A stretch of DNA of 64,000 nucleotides from Eledone cirrhosa (lineage: Eukaryota), in the NCBI GenBank assembly GCA_964016885.1, contig OZ024744.1, positions 129,518,001 through 129,582,000 on the forward strand. Direction: 5' to 3'. The notes under the pieces are model-generated. The model made no database searches. It saw only the letters and a list, made by a program, of their open reading frames with translations, and was not told the origin of the DNA. Both the position numbers and the translations under genes were made by a program. Position 1 is the stretch's first letter. The number at the start of each line of letters is the position of its first letter. This document shows, piece after piece, positions 26,601 to 39,829 of this stretch.

Positions 26601-29600
26601 GTTAAGTTGGGGTTAAGTTAAGTTGGGGTTAAGTTAAGTTGGGGTTAAGTTAGATTGTTGTTGAGTTAAGTTGGGGTTAATTTAAGTTGGGGTTAAGTTA
26701 AGTCGGGGTTAAGTTGAGTTGGGGTTAGGTTAAGTTGGGGTTAAGTTAAGGTGGGGTTTAGTTAAGTTGGGGTCAACTAAAGTTGGGGTTAAGTTAAGTT
26801 GGGGTTCACTTAAGTTGGGGGTAAGTTAAGTTGGGGTTAAGTTAAGTTGGGGTTTATTTAAGTTGGGGTTCAGTTAATTTGGGGTTAAGTTAAGTTTGGG
26901 TTTAGTTGGGGTTAAATTAAGTTGGGGTTAAGTTAAGCTGGGGTTAAGTTACGTTGGTGTTAATTTAAGTAGGGGTTAAGTTAAGTTGCGGGTAATTTAA
27001 GTTGGGGTTAAGTTAAGTTGGGGTTAAGTTAAGTTGGGGTTAAGTTAAGTTGGGGGTAAGTTAAGTTGGGGGTAAGTTAAGTTGGGGGTAAGTTAAGTTG
27101 GGGTTAAGTTAAGTTGGGGTTAAGTTAAGTTGGGGTTAAGTTAAGTTAGGGTTAAGTTAAGTTGGGGTTGAGTTAAGTTGGGGTTAAGTTAAGTTGGGGT
27201 TATGTTAAGTTGGGGTTAAGTTAAATTGGGGTTAATTTAACTTTGTGGTTAAGTTAAGTTGGGGTTAATTTAAGTTGGGGTTAAGTTAAGTTGGAGTTAA
27301 GTTAAGTTGGGGTTAAGTTAAGTTGGGGTTAATTTAAGTTGCGGTTAAGTTAAGTTGAGGTTAAGTTAAGTTGGGGTTAAGTTAAGTTGGGGTTAAGTTA
27401 AGTTGGGGCTAAGTTAAGTTGGGGCTTAGTTAAGTTGGGGTTAAGTTAAGTTGGGGTTAAGTTAAGGTGGGGTTTAGTTAAGTTGGGGTCAACTAAAGTT
27501 GGGGTTAAGTTAAGTTGGGGTTTATTTAAGTTGGGGTTCAGTTAATTTGGGGTTAAGTTAAGTTTGGGTTAAGTTGGGGTTAAATTAAGTTGGGGTTAAG
27601 TTAAGTTGGGGTTAAGTTAAGTTGGGGTTAAGTTAAGTTGGGGTTAAGTTAAGTTGGGGTTAAGTTAAGTTGGGGGTAAGTTAAGTTGGGGGTAAGTTAA
27701 GTTGGTGTTAAGTTAAGTTGGGGTTAAGTTAAGTTGGGGTTAAGTTAAGTTGGGTTTAAGTTAAGTTGGGGCTGAGTTAAGTTAGGGCTAAGTTAAGTTG
27801 GAGATAAGTAAAGTTAGGGCTAAGTTAAGTTGGGGTTAAGTTAAGTTGGGGTTAATTTAAGTTGGGGTTACATTAAGATGAGGTTAAGTTAAGTTGGTGT
27901 TAAGTTAAGATGGGGTTAATTTAATTTAAGTTGGGTTTAAGTTAAGTTGGGGTTAAGTTAAGTTGGGGTTAATTTCAGTTGGGGTTGAGTTAAGTTGGGG
28001 TTAAGTTTAGTTGGGGTTAAGTTAAGTTGGGGTTGAGTTAAGTTGGGGTTAAGTTAAGTTGGGGCTAAGTTAAGTTCGGGTTAAATTAAGTTGGTGTTAA
28101 GTTAAGTTGGGGTTAAGTTAAGTTGGGGCTAAGTTAAGTTGGGTCTAAGTTAAGTTGGGGTTAAGTTAAGTTGGGGTTAAGTTAAGTTAGGGTTAATTTA
28201 AGTTGGGGTTATGTTAAGTTGGGGTTAAGTTAAGTTGGGGTTAAGTTAGGTTGGTGTTAAGTTAAGTTGGGGGTAAGTTAAGTTGGGGGTAAGTTAAGTT
28301 GGTGTTAAGTTAAGTTGGGGTTAAGTTAAGTTGGGGTTAAGTTAAGTTGGGTTTAAGTTAAGTTGGGGCTAAGTTAAGTTAGGGCTAAGTTAAGTTGGGG
28401 CTGAGTTAAGTTGGGGTTAAATTAAGTTGGGGTTAAGTTAAGTTGGGGGTAAGATAAGTTGGGGTTAGTTAAGTTGCGGTTAAGTTAAGTTGGGGTAAAG
28501 TTAAGTTGGGGTTAAGTTGAGTTGGGGTAAAGTTAAGTTGGGGTTAAGTTAAGTTGGGGTTAATTTAAGTTGGGGTTAAGTTAAGTTGCGGTTAAGTTAA
28601 GTTGGGGTTAAGTTAAGTTCGCGTTAAGTTAAGTTGGGGTTAAGTTAAGTTGGGATTAAGTTAAGTTGGGGTTAAATTAAGTTGGGGTTAAGTTCAGTCG
28701 GGGTTAAGTTAAGTTGCGGTTAAGTTAAGTTGGGGTTAAGTTAAGTTGGGGTTAAGTTAATTTGGGTTAAGTTAAGTTGGGGTTAAGTTAAGTTGGGGTT
28801 AAGTTAAGTTGCGGTTAAGTTAAGTTCGCGTTAAGTTAAGTTGGGGTTAAGTTAAGTTGGGATTAAGTTAAGTTGGGGTTAAGTTAAGTTGGGGTTAAGT
28901 TAAGTTGGGGTTAAGTTAGATTGTTGTTGAGTTAAGTTGGGGTTAATTTAAGTTGGGGTTAAGTTAAGTCGGGGTTAAGTTGAGTTGGGGTTAGGTTAAG
29001 TTGGGGTTAAGTTAAGTTGGGGTTAAGATAAGTTGGGGTTAAGTTAAGTTGGGGTTGAGTTAATTTGGGGTTAACTTAAGTTGGGGTTAACTTAAGTCGG
29101 GATTAAGTTAAGTGGGGGTTAAATTAAGTTCGGGTTAAGTTAAGTTGGGGTTAAGTTAAGTTGGGGTTAAGTTAGGTTGGGGCTAAGTTAAGTTGGGGGT
29201 AAGTTAAGTTGGGGGTAAGTTCAGTTGGGGTTAAGTTAAGTTGGGGTTGAGTTAAGTTGGGGCTAAGTTAAGTTAGGGTTATGTTAAGTTGGGGTTAATT
29301 TAAGTTGGGGTTAAGTTAAGTTGGGGTTCAATTAAGTTGCGGTTAATTTAAGTTGGGGTTAAGTTAAGTTGGGGTTAAGTTAAGTTGGGGTTAAGTTAAG
29401 TTGGGGTTAAGTTAAGTTGGGGTTAAGTTAAGTTGGGGTTAAATTAAGTTGGGGTTAAGTTAAGTTGTGGTTAAGTTAAGTTGGGGTTAAGTTAAGTAGG
29501 GGTTAAGTTAAGTTGGGGTTAAGTTAAGTTGGGGTTAAGTTAAGTTGGGGTTAAGTTAATTTGTGGTTAAGTTAAGTTGGGGTTAAGTTAAGTTGGGGTT

Positions 29601-29700
29601 AAGTTCAGTCGGGGTTAAGTTAAGTCGGGGTTAAGTTAAGTTGGGGTTGAGTTAAGTTGGGGTTAAGTTAAGTTGGGGTTAAGATAAGTTGGGGTTAAGT
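17170..29700 (+). repeat. ~5.8-kb higher-order tandem duplication (about two copies)
   Basis: GAGTTATTAGGGG at 20311/26138, ACGTTGGTGT at 21124/26951, and ACATTAAGATGAGG at 19746/25573 and 22043/27870 are all offset by 5827. AGATTGTTGTTGAG occurs at 17169/23028/28918 (offsets 5859 and 5890). Confidence 0.85.
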
Positions 29701-32700
29701 TAAGTTGGGGTTGAGTTAAGTTGGGGTTGAGTTAATTTGGGGTTAAGTTAAGTTGGAGTTAACTTAAGTTGGGTTTAAGTTAAGTTGGGGTTAAGTTAAG
29801 TTGGGGTTAAATTAAGTTGGAGTTAAGTTAAGTTGGGGGTAAGATAAGTTGGGGTTAGTTAAGTTGCGGTTAAGTTAAGTTGGGGTTAAGTTAAGTTGGG
29901 GTTAAGTTAAGTTGGGGTAAAGTTAAGTTGGGGGTAAGTTAAGTTGGGGGTAAGTTAAGTTGGGGGTAAGTTAAGTTGGGGTTAATTTAAGTTAGGTCTA
30001 ATTAAGTTGGGGTTATGTTAAGTTGGGGTTAAATTAAGTTGGGGTTAAGTTAAGTTGGGGTTAAGTTAAGTTGGGGTTAAGTTAAGTTGCGGTTAAGTTA
30101 AGTTGAGGTTAAGTTAAGTAGGGGTTAAATTATGTTGGGGTTAAGTTAAGTTCGGGTTAAGTTAAGTTGGGGTTAAGTTGAGTTGGGGATAAGTTAAGTT
30201 GGGGATAAGTTAAGTTGGGGATAATTTAAGTTGGGTTTAAGTTAAGTTTGGGTTAAGTTAAGTTGGGGTTAAGTTAAGTTGGGGTTAAGTTAAGTTGGGG
30301 TTAAGTTAAGTTGGGGTTAAGTTAAGTTGCGGTTAAGTTAAGTTGAGGTTAAGTTAAGTTGGGGTTAAGTTAAGTTGGGGTTAAGTTAAGTTGGGGCTAA
30401 GTTAAGTTGGGGCTAAGTTAAGTTGGGGCTAAGTTAAGTTGGGGTTAAGTTAACTTTGGGTTAAGTTAATTTGGGTTTGAGTTAAGTTGGGGTTAATTAA
30501 GTTGGGGTTAAGTTAAGTTGGGGTTAAGTTAAGTTGGGGTTAAGTTAAGTTGGGGTTGAGTTAAGTTGCGGTTAAGTTAAGTTGATGTTAAGTTAAGTTG
30601 ATGTTAAGTTAAGTTGGGGTTAAGTTAAGTCGGGGTTAAGTTAAGGTGGGGTTAAGTTAAGTTGGGGTCAACTAAAGTTGGGGTTAAGTTAAGTTGGGGT
30701 TAACTTAAGTTGGGGTTAAGTTAAGTTGGGGTTAAGTTGGGGTTAAATTAAGTTGGGGTTAAGTTAAGTTGGGGTTAAGTTAAATGGGGTTAAGTTAAGT
30801 TGCGGGTAATTTAAGTTGGGGTTAAGTTAAGTTGCGGTTAAGTTAAGTTGGGGTTAAGTTAAGTTGGGGTTAAGTTAAGTTAGGGTTAAGTTAAGTTGGG
30901 GTTGAGTTAAGTTGGGGTTAAGTTAAGTTGGGGTTATGTTAAGTTGGGGTTAAGTTAAGTTGGGGTTAAGTTAAGTTGGGGTTAAGTTAAGTTGCGGTTA
31001 AGTTAAGTTGGGGTTAAATTAAGTTGGGGTTAAGTTAAGTTGGGATTAAGTTAAGTTGGGGTTAAGTTAAGTTGGGGTTAAGTTAAGTTGGGGTTAAGTT
31101 AGATTGTTGTTAAGTTAAGTTGGGGTTAAGTTAATTTGGGGTTAATTTAAGTTGGGTCTAATTAAGTTGGGGTTAAGTTAAGTTGGGGTTAAGTTAAGTT
31201 GGGGTTAAGTTAAGTTGGGGTTAAATTAAGTTGGGGTTAAGTTAAGTTGCGGTTAAGTTAAGTTGGGGTTAAGTTAAGTTGGGGTTAAGTTAATTAGGGT
31301 TAAGTTAAGTTGGGGTTAAGTTAAGTTGGGGTTAAGTTAAGTTGCGGTTAAGTTAAGGTGGGGTTTATTTAAGTTGGGGTTCAGTTAATTTGGGGTAAGT
31401 TAAGTTTGGGTTAAGTTGGGGTTAAATTAAGTTGGGGTTAAGTTAATTTGGGGTTAAGTTAAGTTGGGGTTAAGTTAAGTTGGGGTTAAGTTAAGTTGGG
31501 GTTAAGTTAAGTTGGGGGTAAGTTAAGTTGGGGGTAAGTTAAGTTGGTGTTAAGTTAAGTTGGGGTTAAGTTAAGTTGGGGTTAAGTTAAGTTGGGTTTA
31601 AGTTAAGTTGGGGCTGAGTTAAGTTAGGGCTAAGTTAAGTTGGAGTTAAGTAAAGTTAGGGCTAAGTTAAGTTGGGGTTAAGTTAAGTTGGGGTTAATTT
31701 AAGTTGGGGTTACATTAAGATGAGGTTAAGTTAAGTTGGTGTTAAGTTAAGTTGGGGTTAATTTAATTTAAGTTGGGGTTAAGTTAAGTTGGGGTTAAGT
31801 TAAGTTGGGGTTAATTTCAGTTGGGGTTGAGTTAAGTTGGGGTTAAGTTTAGTTGGGGTTAAGTTAAGTTGGGGTTGAGTTAAGTTGGGGTTAAGTTAAG
31901 TTGGGGCTAAGTTAAGTTCGGGTTAAATTAAGTTGGTGTTAAGTTAAGTTGGGGTTAAGTTAAGTTGGGGCTAAGTTAAGTTGGGTCTAAGTTAAGTTGG
32001 GGTTAGGTTAAGTTGGGGTTAAGTTAAGTTAGGGTTAATTTAAGTTGGGGTTATGTTAAGTTGGGGTTAAGTTAAGTTGGGGTTAAGTTAGGTTGGCGTT
32101 AAGTTAAGTTGGGGGTAAGTTAAGTTGGGGGTAAGTTAAGTTGGTGTTAAGTTAAGTTGGGGTTAAGTTAAGTTGGGGTTAAGTTAAGTTGGGTTTAAGT
32201 TAAGTTGGGGCTAAGTTAAGTTAGGGCTAAGTTAAGTTGGGGCTGAGTTAAGTTGGGGTTAAATTAAGTTGGGGTTAAGTTAAGTTGGGGGTAAGATAAG
32301 TTGGGGTTAGTTAAGTTGCGGTTAAGTTAAGTTGGGGTAAAGTTAAGTTGGGGTTAAGTTGAGTTGGGGTAAAGTTAAGTTGGGGTTAAGTTAAGTTGGG
32401 GTTAATTTAAGTTGGGGTTAAGTTAAGTTGGGGTTAATTTAAGTTGGGGTTAATTTAAGTTGGGGTTAAGTTAAGTTGGGGTTAAGTTAAGTTGGGGTTA
32501 AGTTAAGTTGGGGGTAAGTTAAGTTGGGGTTAAGTTAAGTTGGGGTTAAGTTGGGGTTAAGTTAACTTAGGGTTAACTTAAGTTGGGGTTAAGTTAAGTG
32601 GTGGTTATGTTAAGTGGTGGTTATGTTAACTTGGGGTTAAGTTAAGTTGGGGTTAAGTTAAATTGGGGTTAAGTTAAGTTGCGGTTAAGTTAAGTTGGGG

Positions 32701-35700
32701 TTAAGTTAAGTTGGGGTTAAGTTAATTAGGGTTAAGTTAAGTTGGGGTTAAGTTAAGTTGGGGTTAAGTTAAGTTGCGGTTAAGTTAAGTTCGCGTTAAG
32801 TTAAGTTGGGGTTAAGTTAAGTTGGGATTAAGTTAAGTTGGGGGTAAGTTAAGTTGGGGGTAAGTTCAGTTGGGGTTAAGTTAAGTTGGGGTTAAGTTAA
32901 GTTGGGGTTAAGTTAAGTTGGGGTTAAGATAAGTTGGGGTTAAGTTAAGTTGGGGTTGAGTTCAGTCGGGGTTAAGTTAAGTCGGGGTTAAGTTAAGTTG
33001 GGGTTGAGTTAAGTTGGGGTTAAGTTAAGTTGGGGTTAAGATAAGTTGGGGTTAAGATAAGTTGGGGTTAAGTTAAGTTGGGGTTGAGTTAATTTGGGGT
33101 TAACTTAAGTTGGGGTTAACTTAAGCCGGGATTAAGTTAAGTGGGGGTTAAATTAAGTTCGGGTTAAGTTAAGTTGGGGTTAAGTTAAGTTGGGGTTAAG
33201 TTAAGTCGGGGTTAAGTTGAGTTGGGGTTAGGTTAAGTTGGGGTTAAGTTAAGTTGGGGTTAAGTTAAGTTGGGGTTAAGATAAGTTGGGGTTAAGTTAA
33301 GTTGGGGTTGAGTTAATTTGGGGTTAACTTAAGTTGGGGTTAACTTAAGTCGGGATTAAGTTAAGTGGGGGTTAAATTAAGTTCGGGTTAAGTTAAGTTG
33401 GGGTTAAGTTAAGTTGGGGTTAAGTTAGGTTGGGGTTAAGTTAAGTTGGGGGTAAGTTAAGTTGGGGGTAAGTTCAGTTGGGGTTAAGTTAAGTTGGGGT
33501 TGAGTTAAGTTGGGGCTAAGTTAAGTTAGGGTTATATTAAGTTGGGGTTAATTTAAGTTGGGGTTAAGTTAAGTTGGGGTTCAATTAAGTTGCGGTTAAT
33601 TTAAGTTGGGGTTAAGTTAAGTTGGGGTTAAGTTAAGTTGGGGTTAAGTTAAGTTGGGGTTAAGTTAAGTTAGGGTTAAATTAAGTTGGGGTTAAGTTAA
33701 GTTGGGGTTAAGTTAAGTTGGGGTTAAGTTAAGTAGGGGTTTAGTTATGTTGGGGTTAAGTTAAGTTGGGGTTAAGTTAAGTTGGGGTTAAGTTAATTTG
33801 TGGTTAAGTTAAGTTGGGGTTAAGTTAAGTTGGGGTTAAGTTCAGTCGGGGTTAAGTTAAGTCGGGGTTAAGTTAAGTTGGGGTTGAGTTAAGTTGGGGT
33901 TAAGTTAAGTTGGGGTTAAGATAAGTTGGGGTTAAGTTAAGTTGGGGTTGAGTTAAGTTGGGGTTGAGTTAATTTGGGGTTAAGTTAAGTTGGAGTTAAC
34001 TTAAGTTGGGTTTAAGTTAAGTTGGGGTTAAGTTAAGTTGCGGTTAAATTAAGTTGGAGTTAAGTTAAGTTGGGGGTAAGATAAGTTGGGGTTAGTTAAG
34101 TTGCGGTTAAGTTAAGTTGGGGTTAAGTTAAGTTGGGGTTAAGTTAAGTTGGGGTAAAGTTAAGTTGGGGGTAAGTTAAGTTGGGGGTAAGTTAAGTTGG
34201 GGGTAAGTTAAGTTGGGGTTAATTTAAGTTAGGTCTAATTAAGTTGGGGTTAAGTTAAGTTGGGGTTAAATTAAGTTGGGGTTAAGTTAAGTTGGGGTTA
34301 AGTTAAGTTGGGGTTAAGTTAAGTTGCGGTTAAGTTAAGTTGAGGTTAAGTTAAGTTGGGGATAAGTTAAGTTGGGGTTAAGTTAAGTTGGGTTTAAGTT
34401 AAGTTTGGGTTAAGTTAAGTTGGGGTTAAGTTAAGTTGGGGTTAAGTTAAGTTGGTTAGTTAAGTTGAGTTTAAGTTAAGTTGGGGTTAATTTAAGTTGG
34501 GGTTAAGTTAAGTTGGGGTTAAGTTAAGTTGGGGTTAAGTTAAGTTGGGGTTAAGTTAAGTTGCGGTTAAGTTAAGTTGAGGTTAAGTTAAGTTGGGGTT
34601 AAGTTAAGTTGGGGTTAAGTTAAGTTGGGGCTAAGTTAAGTTGGGGCTAAGTTAAGTTGGGGCTAAGTTAAGTTGGGGTTAAGTTAACTTTGGGTTAAGT
34701 TAATTTGGGTTTGAGTTAAGTTGGGGTTAATTAAGTTGGGGTTAAGTTAAGTTGGGGTTAAGTTAAGTTGGGGTTAAGTTAAGTTGGGGTTGAGTTAAGT
34801 TGCGGTTAAGTTAAGTTGATGTTAAGTTAAGTTGATGTTAAGTTAAGTTGGGGTTAAGTTAAGTCGGGGTTAAGTTAAGGTGGGGTTAAGTTAAGTTGGG
34901 GTCAACTAAAGTTGGGGTTAAGTTAAGTTGGGGTTAACTTAAGTTGGGGTTAAGTTAAGTTGGGGTTAAGTTGGGGTTAAATTAAGTTGTGGTTAAGTTA
35001 AGTTGGAGTTAAGTTAAGTTGGGGTTATGTTAAGTTGGGGTTAAGTTAAGTTGGGGTTAAGTTAAGTTGGGGTTAAGTTAAGTTGCGGTTAAGTTAAGTT
35101 GGGGTTAAATTAAGTTGGGGTTAAGTTAAGTTGGGATTAAGTTAAGTTGGGGTTAAGTTAAGTTGGGGTTAAGTTAAGTTGGGGTTAAGTTAGATTGTTG
35201 TTAAGTTAAGTTGGGGTTAAGTTAAGTTGGGGTTAATTTAAGTTGGGGTTAATTTAAGTTGGGTCTAATTAAGTTGGGGTTAAGTTAAGTTGGGGTTAAG
35301 TTAAGTTGGGGTTAAGTTAAGTTGGGGTTAAATTAAGTTGGGGTTAAGTTAAGTTGCGGTTAAGTTAAGTTGGGGTTAAGTTAAGTTGGGGTTAAGTTAA
35401 TTAGGGTTAAGTTAAGTTGGGGTTAAGTTAAGTTGGGGTTAAGTTAAGTTGCGGTTAAGTTAAGTTCGCGTTAAGTTAAGTTGGGGTTAAGTTAAGTTGG
35501 GATTAAGTTAAGTTGGGGTTAAGTTAAGTTGGGGTTAAGTTAAGTTGGGGTTAAGTTAGATTGTTGTTAAGTTAAGTTGGGGTTAAGTTAAGTTGGGGTT
35601 AATTTAAGTTGGGTTTAAGTTAAGTCGGGGTTAAGTTGAGTTGGGGTTAGGTTAAGTTGGGGTTAAGTTAAGTTGGGGTTAAGTTAAGTTGGGGTTAAGA

Positions 35701-38050
35701 TAAGTTGGGGTTAAGTTAAGTTGGGGTTGAGTTAATTTGGGGTTAACTTAAGTTGGAGTTAACTTAAGTCGGGATTAAGTTAAGTGGGGGTTAAGTTAAG
35801 TTGGGGTTAAATTAAGTTCGGGTTAAGTTAAGTTGGGGTTAAGTTAAGTAGGGGTTAAGTTAGGTTGGGGTTAAGTTAAGTTGGGGGTAAGTTAAGTTGG
35901 GGGTAAGTTCAGTTGGGGTTAAGTTAAGTTGGGGTTGAGTTAAGTTGGGGCTAAGTTAAGTTAGGGTTATGTTAAGTTGGGGTTAAGTTAAGTCGGGGTT
36001 AAGTTAAGTTGGGGTTGAGTTAAGTTGGGGTTAATTTAAGTTGGGGTTAAGTTAAGTTGGGGTTCAATTAAGTTGCGGTTAATTTAAGTTGGGGTTAAGT
36101 TAAGTTGGGGTTAAGTTAAGTTGGGGTTAAGTTAAGTTGGGGTTAAATTAAGTTGGGGTTAAGTTAAGTTGGGGTTAAGTTAAGTTGGGGTTAAATTAAG
36201 TTGGGGTTAAGTTAAGTTGGGGTTGAGTTAAGTTGGGGTTAAGTTAAGTAGGGGTTAAGTTAAGTTGGGGTTAAGTTAAGTTGGGGTTAAGTTAAGTTGG
36301 GGTTAAGTTAATTTGTGGTTAAGTTAAGTTGGGGTTAAGTTAAGTTGGGGTTAAGTTCAGTCGGGGTTAAGTTAAGTCGGGGTTAAGTTAAGTTGGGGTT
36401 GAGTTAAGTTGGGGTTAATTTAAGTTGGGGTTAAGATAAGTTGGGGTTAAGTTAAGTTGGGGTTGAGTTAAGTTGGGGTTGAGTTAATTTGGGGTTAAGT
36501 TAAGTTGGAGTTAACTTAAGTTGGGTTTAAGTTAAGTTGGGGTTAAGTTAAGTTGGGGTTAAATTAAGTTGGAGTTAAGTTAAGTTGGGGGTAAGATAAG
36601 TTGGGGTTAGTTAAGTTGCGGTTAAGTTAAGTTGGGGTTAAGTTAAGTTGGGGTTAAGTTAAGTTGGGGTAAAGTTAAGTTGGGGGTAAGTTAAGTTGGG
36701 GGTAAGTTAAGTTGGGGGTAAGTTAAGTTGGGGTTAATTTAAGTTAGGTCTAATTAAGTTGGGGTTAAGTTAAGTTGGGGTTAAATTAAGTTGGGGTTAA
36801 GTTAAGTTGGGGTTAAGTTAAGTTGGGGTTAAGTTAAGTTGCGGTTAAGTTAAGTTGAGGTTAAGTTAAGTAGGGGTTAAATTATGTTGGGGTTAAGTTA
36901 AGTTCGGGTTAAGTTAAGTTGGGGTTAAGTTGAGTTGGGGATAAGTTAAGTTGGGGATAAGTTAAGTTGGGGTTAAGTTAAGTTGGGTTTAAGTTAAGTT
37001 TGGGTTAAGTTAAGTTGGGGTTAAGTTAAGTTGGGGTTAAGTTAAGTTGGTTAGTTAAGTTGAGTTTAAGTTAAGTTGGGGTTAATTTAAGTTGGGGTTA
37101 AGTTAAGTTGGGGTTAAGTTAAGTTGGGGTTAAGTTAAGTTGGGGTTAAGTTAAGTTGCGGTTAAGTTAAGTTGAGGTTAAGTTAAGTTGGGGTTAAGTT
37201 AAGTTGGGGTTAAGTTAAGTTGGGGCTAAGTTAAGTTGGGGCTAAGTTAAGTTGGGGTTAAGTTAACTTTGGGTTAAGTTAATTTGGGTTTGAGTTAAGT
37301 TGGGGTTAATTAAGTTGGGGTTAAGTTAAGTTGGGGTTAAGTTAAGTTGGGGTTAAGTTAAGTTGGGGTTGAGTTAAGTTGCGGTTAAGTTAAGTTGATG
37401 TTAAGTTAAGTTGATGTTAAGTTAAGTTGGGGTTAAGTTAAGTCGGGGTTAAGTTAAGGTGGGGTTAAGTTAAGTTGGGGTCAACTAAAGTTGGGGTTAA
37501 GTTAAGTTGGGGTTAACTTAAGTTGGGCTTAAGTTAAGTTGGGGTTAAGTTGGGGTTAAATTAAGTTGGGGTTAAGTTAAGTTGGGGTTAAGTTAAATGG
37601 GGTTAAGTTAAGTTGCGGGTAATTTAAGTTGGGGTTAAGTTAAGTTGGGGTTAAGTTAAGTTGGGGGTAATTTAAGTTGGGGGTAAGTTAAGTTGGGGGT
37701 AAGTTAAGTTGGGGTTAAGTTAAGTTGGGGTTAAGTTAAGTTGGGGTTAAGTTAAGTTAGGGTTAAGTTAAGTTGGGGTTGAGTTAAGTTGGGGTTAAGT
37801 TAAGTTGGGGTTATGTTAAGTTGGGGTTAAGTTAAGTTGGGGTTAAGTTAAGTTGGGATTAAGTTAAGTTGGGGTTAAGTTAAGTTGGGGTTAAGTTAAG
37901 TTGGGGTTAAGTTAGATTGTTGTTAAGTTAAGTTGGGGTTAAGTTAAGTTGGGGTTAATTTAAGTTGGGGTTAATTTAAGTTGGGTCTAATTAAGTTGGG
38001 GTTAAGTTAAGTTGGGGTTAAGTTAAGTTGGGGTTAAGTTAAGTTGGGGT
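29700..38050 (+). repeat. Domain containing three copies of the AGGTCTAATT / GTTGATG variant block
   Basis: AGGTCTAATT occurs at 29994, 34231 and 36746. Each is followed about 600-650 bp later by two adjacent GTTGATG monomers. Confidence 0.75.
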
Positions 38051-39829
38051 TAAATTAAGTTGGGGTTAAGTTAAGTTGGGGTTAAGTTAAGTTGGGGTTA
38101 AGTTAAGTTGGGTTTACGTTAAGTTGGGGGTAAGTTAAGTTGGTGGTAAGTTAAGTTGGGGGATAGTTAAGATGGGGTTAAGTTAAGTTGGGGTTAATTT
38201 AATTTGGGGTTAAGTTAAGTTAGGGTTAAGTTAAGTTGGGGTTGAGTTAAGTCGGGGTTCAGTTAAGTTGGGGTTATGTTAAGTTGGGGTTAAGTTAAGT
38301 TGGGGTTAAGTTAAGTTGGGGTTCAATGAAGTTGCGGGTAATTTAAGTTGGGGTTAAGTTAAGTTGGGGGTACGTTAAGTTGGGGGTAAGTTAAGTTGGG
38401 GTTAAGTTAAGTTGGGGTTAAGTTAAGTCGGGGTTAATTTAAGTTGCGGTTAAGTTAAGTTGGGGTTAAGTTAAGTTGGGGTTAAGTTAAGTTGGGATTA
38501 AGTTAAGTTGGGGTTAAGTTAAGTTGGGGTTGAGTTAAGTTGGGGTTAAGTTAGATTGTTAAGTTATTTTGGGGTTAAGTTAAGTTGGGGTTAAGTTAAG
38601 TTGGGGTTAATTTAAGTTGGGGTTAAGTTAAGTGGGGGTTAAGTTGAGTTGGGGTTAAGTTAAGTTGGGGTTAAGATAAGTTGGGGTTAAGTTAAGTTGG
38701 GGTTGAGTTAAGTTCGGGTTGAGTTAATTTGAGGTTAACTTAAGTTGGGGTTAAGTTAAGTTGGGTTTAAGTTAAGTTGGGGTTAAGTTAAGTTGGGGTT
38801 AAATTAAGTTGGGGTTAAGCTAAGTTGGGGTTAAGTTAAATTGAGGTTAAGTTAAGTTGGGGTTAATTTAAGTTGGGGTTAAGCTAAGTTGGGGTTTAGT
38901 TAAATTGAGGTTAAGTTAAGTTGGGGTTAAGTTAAGTTGGGGTTAATTTAAGTTGGGGCTAAGTAAAGTTGGGGCTAAGTTAAGTGGGGGTTAAGTTAAG
39001 TTAGGGTTGAGTTAAGTTGGGGTTAAGTTAACTTTGGGTTAAGTTAAGTTGGGTTGGAGTTAAGTTGGGGTTAATTAAGTTGGGGTTAAGTTAAGTTGGG
39101 GTTAAGTTAAGTTGCGGTTAAGTTAAGTTGAGGTTAAGTTAAGTTGGGGTTAAGTGAAGTTGGGGTTAAGTTAAGTTGGGGCTAAGTTAAGTTGGGGCTA
39201 AGTTAAGTTGGGGCTTAGTTAAGTTGGGGTTAAGTTAAGTTGGGGTTAAGTTAAGGTGGGGTTTAGTTAAGTTGGGGTCAACTAAAGTTGGGGTTAAGTT
39301 AAGTTGGGGTTAAGTTAAGTTGGGGTTTATTTAAGTTGGGGTTCAGTTAATTTGGGGTTAAGTTAAGTTTGGGTTTAGTTGGGGTTAAATTAAGTTGGGG
39401 TTAAGTTAAGTTGGGGTTAAGTTACGTTGGGGTTAATTTAAGTTGGTGTTAAGTTAAGTTGCGGGTAATTTAAGTTGGGGTTAAGTTAAGTTGGGGTTAA
39501 GTTAAGTTGGGGTTAAGTTAAGTTGGGGATAAGTTAAGTTGGGGGTAAGTTAAGTTGGGGGTAAGTTAAGTTGGGGTTAAGTTAAGTTGGGGTTAAGTTA
39601 AGTTGGGGTTAAGTTAAGTTAGGGTTAAGTTAAGTTGGGGTTGAGTTAAGTTGGGGTTAAGTTAAGTTGGGGTTATGTTAAGTTGGGGTTAAGTTAAATT
39701 GGGGTTAATTTAACTTTGTGGTTAAGTTAAGTTGGGGTTAATTTAAGTTGGGGTTAAGTTAAGTTGGGGTTAAGTTAAGTTGGGGTTAAGTTAAGTTGGG
39801 GTTAATTTAAGTTGCGGTTAAGTTAAGTT

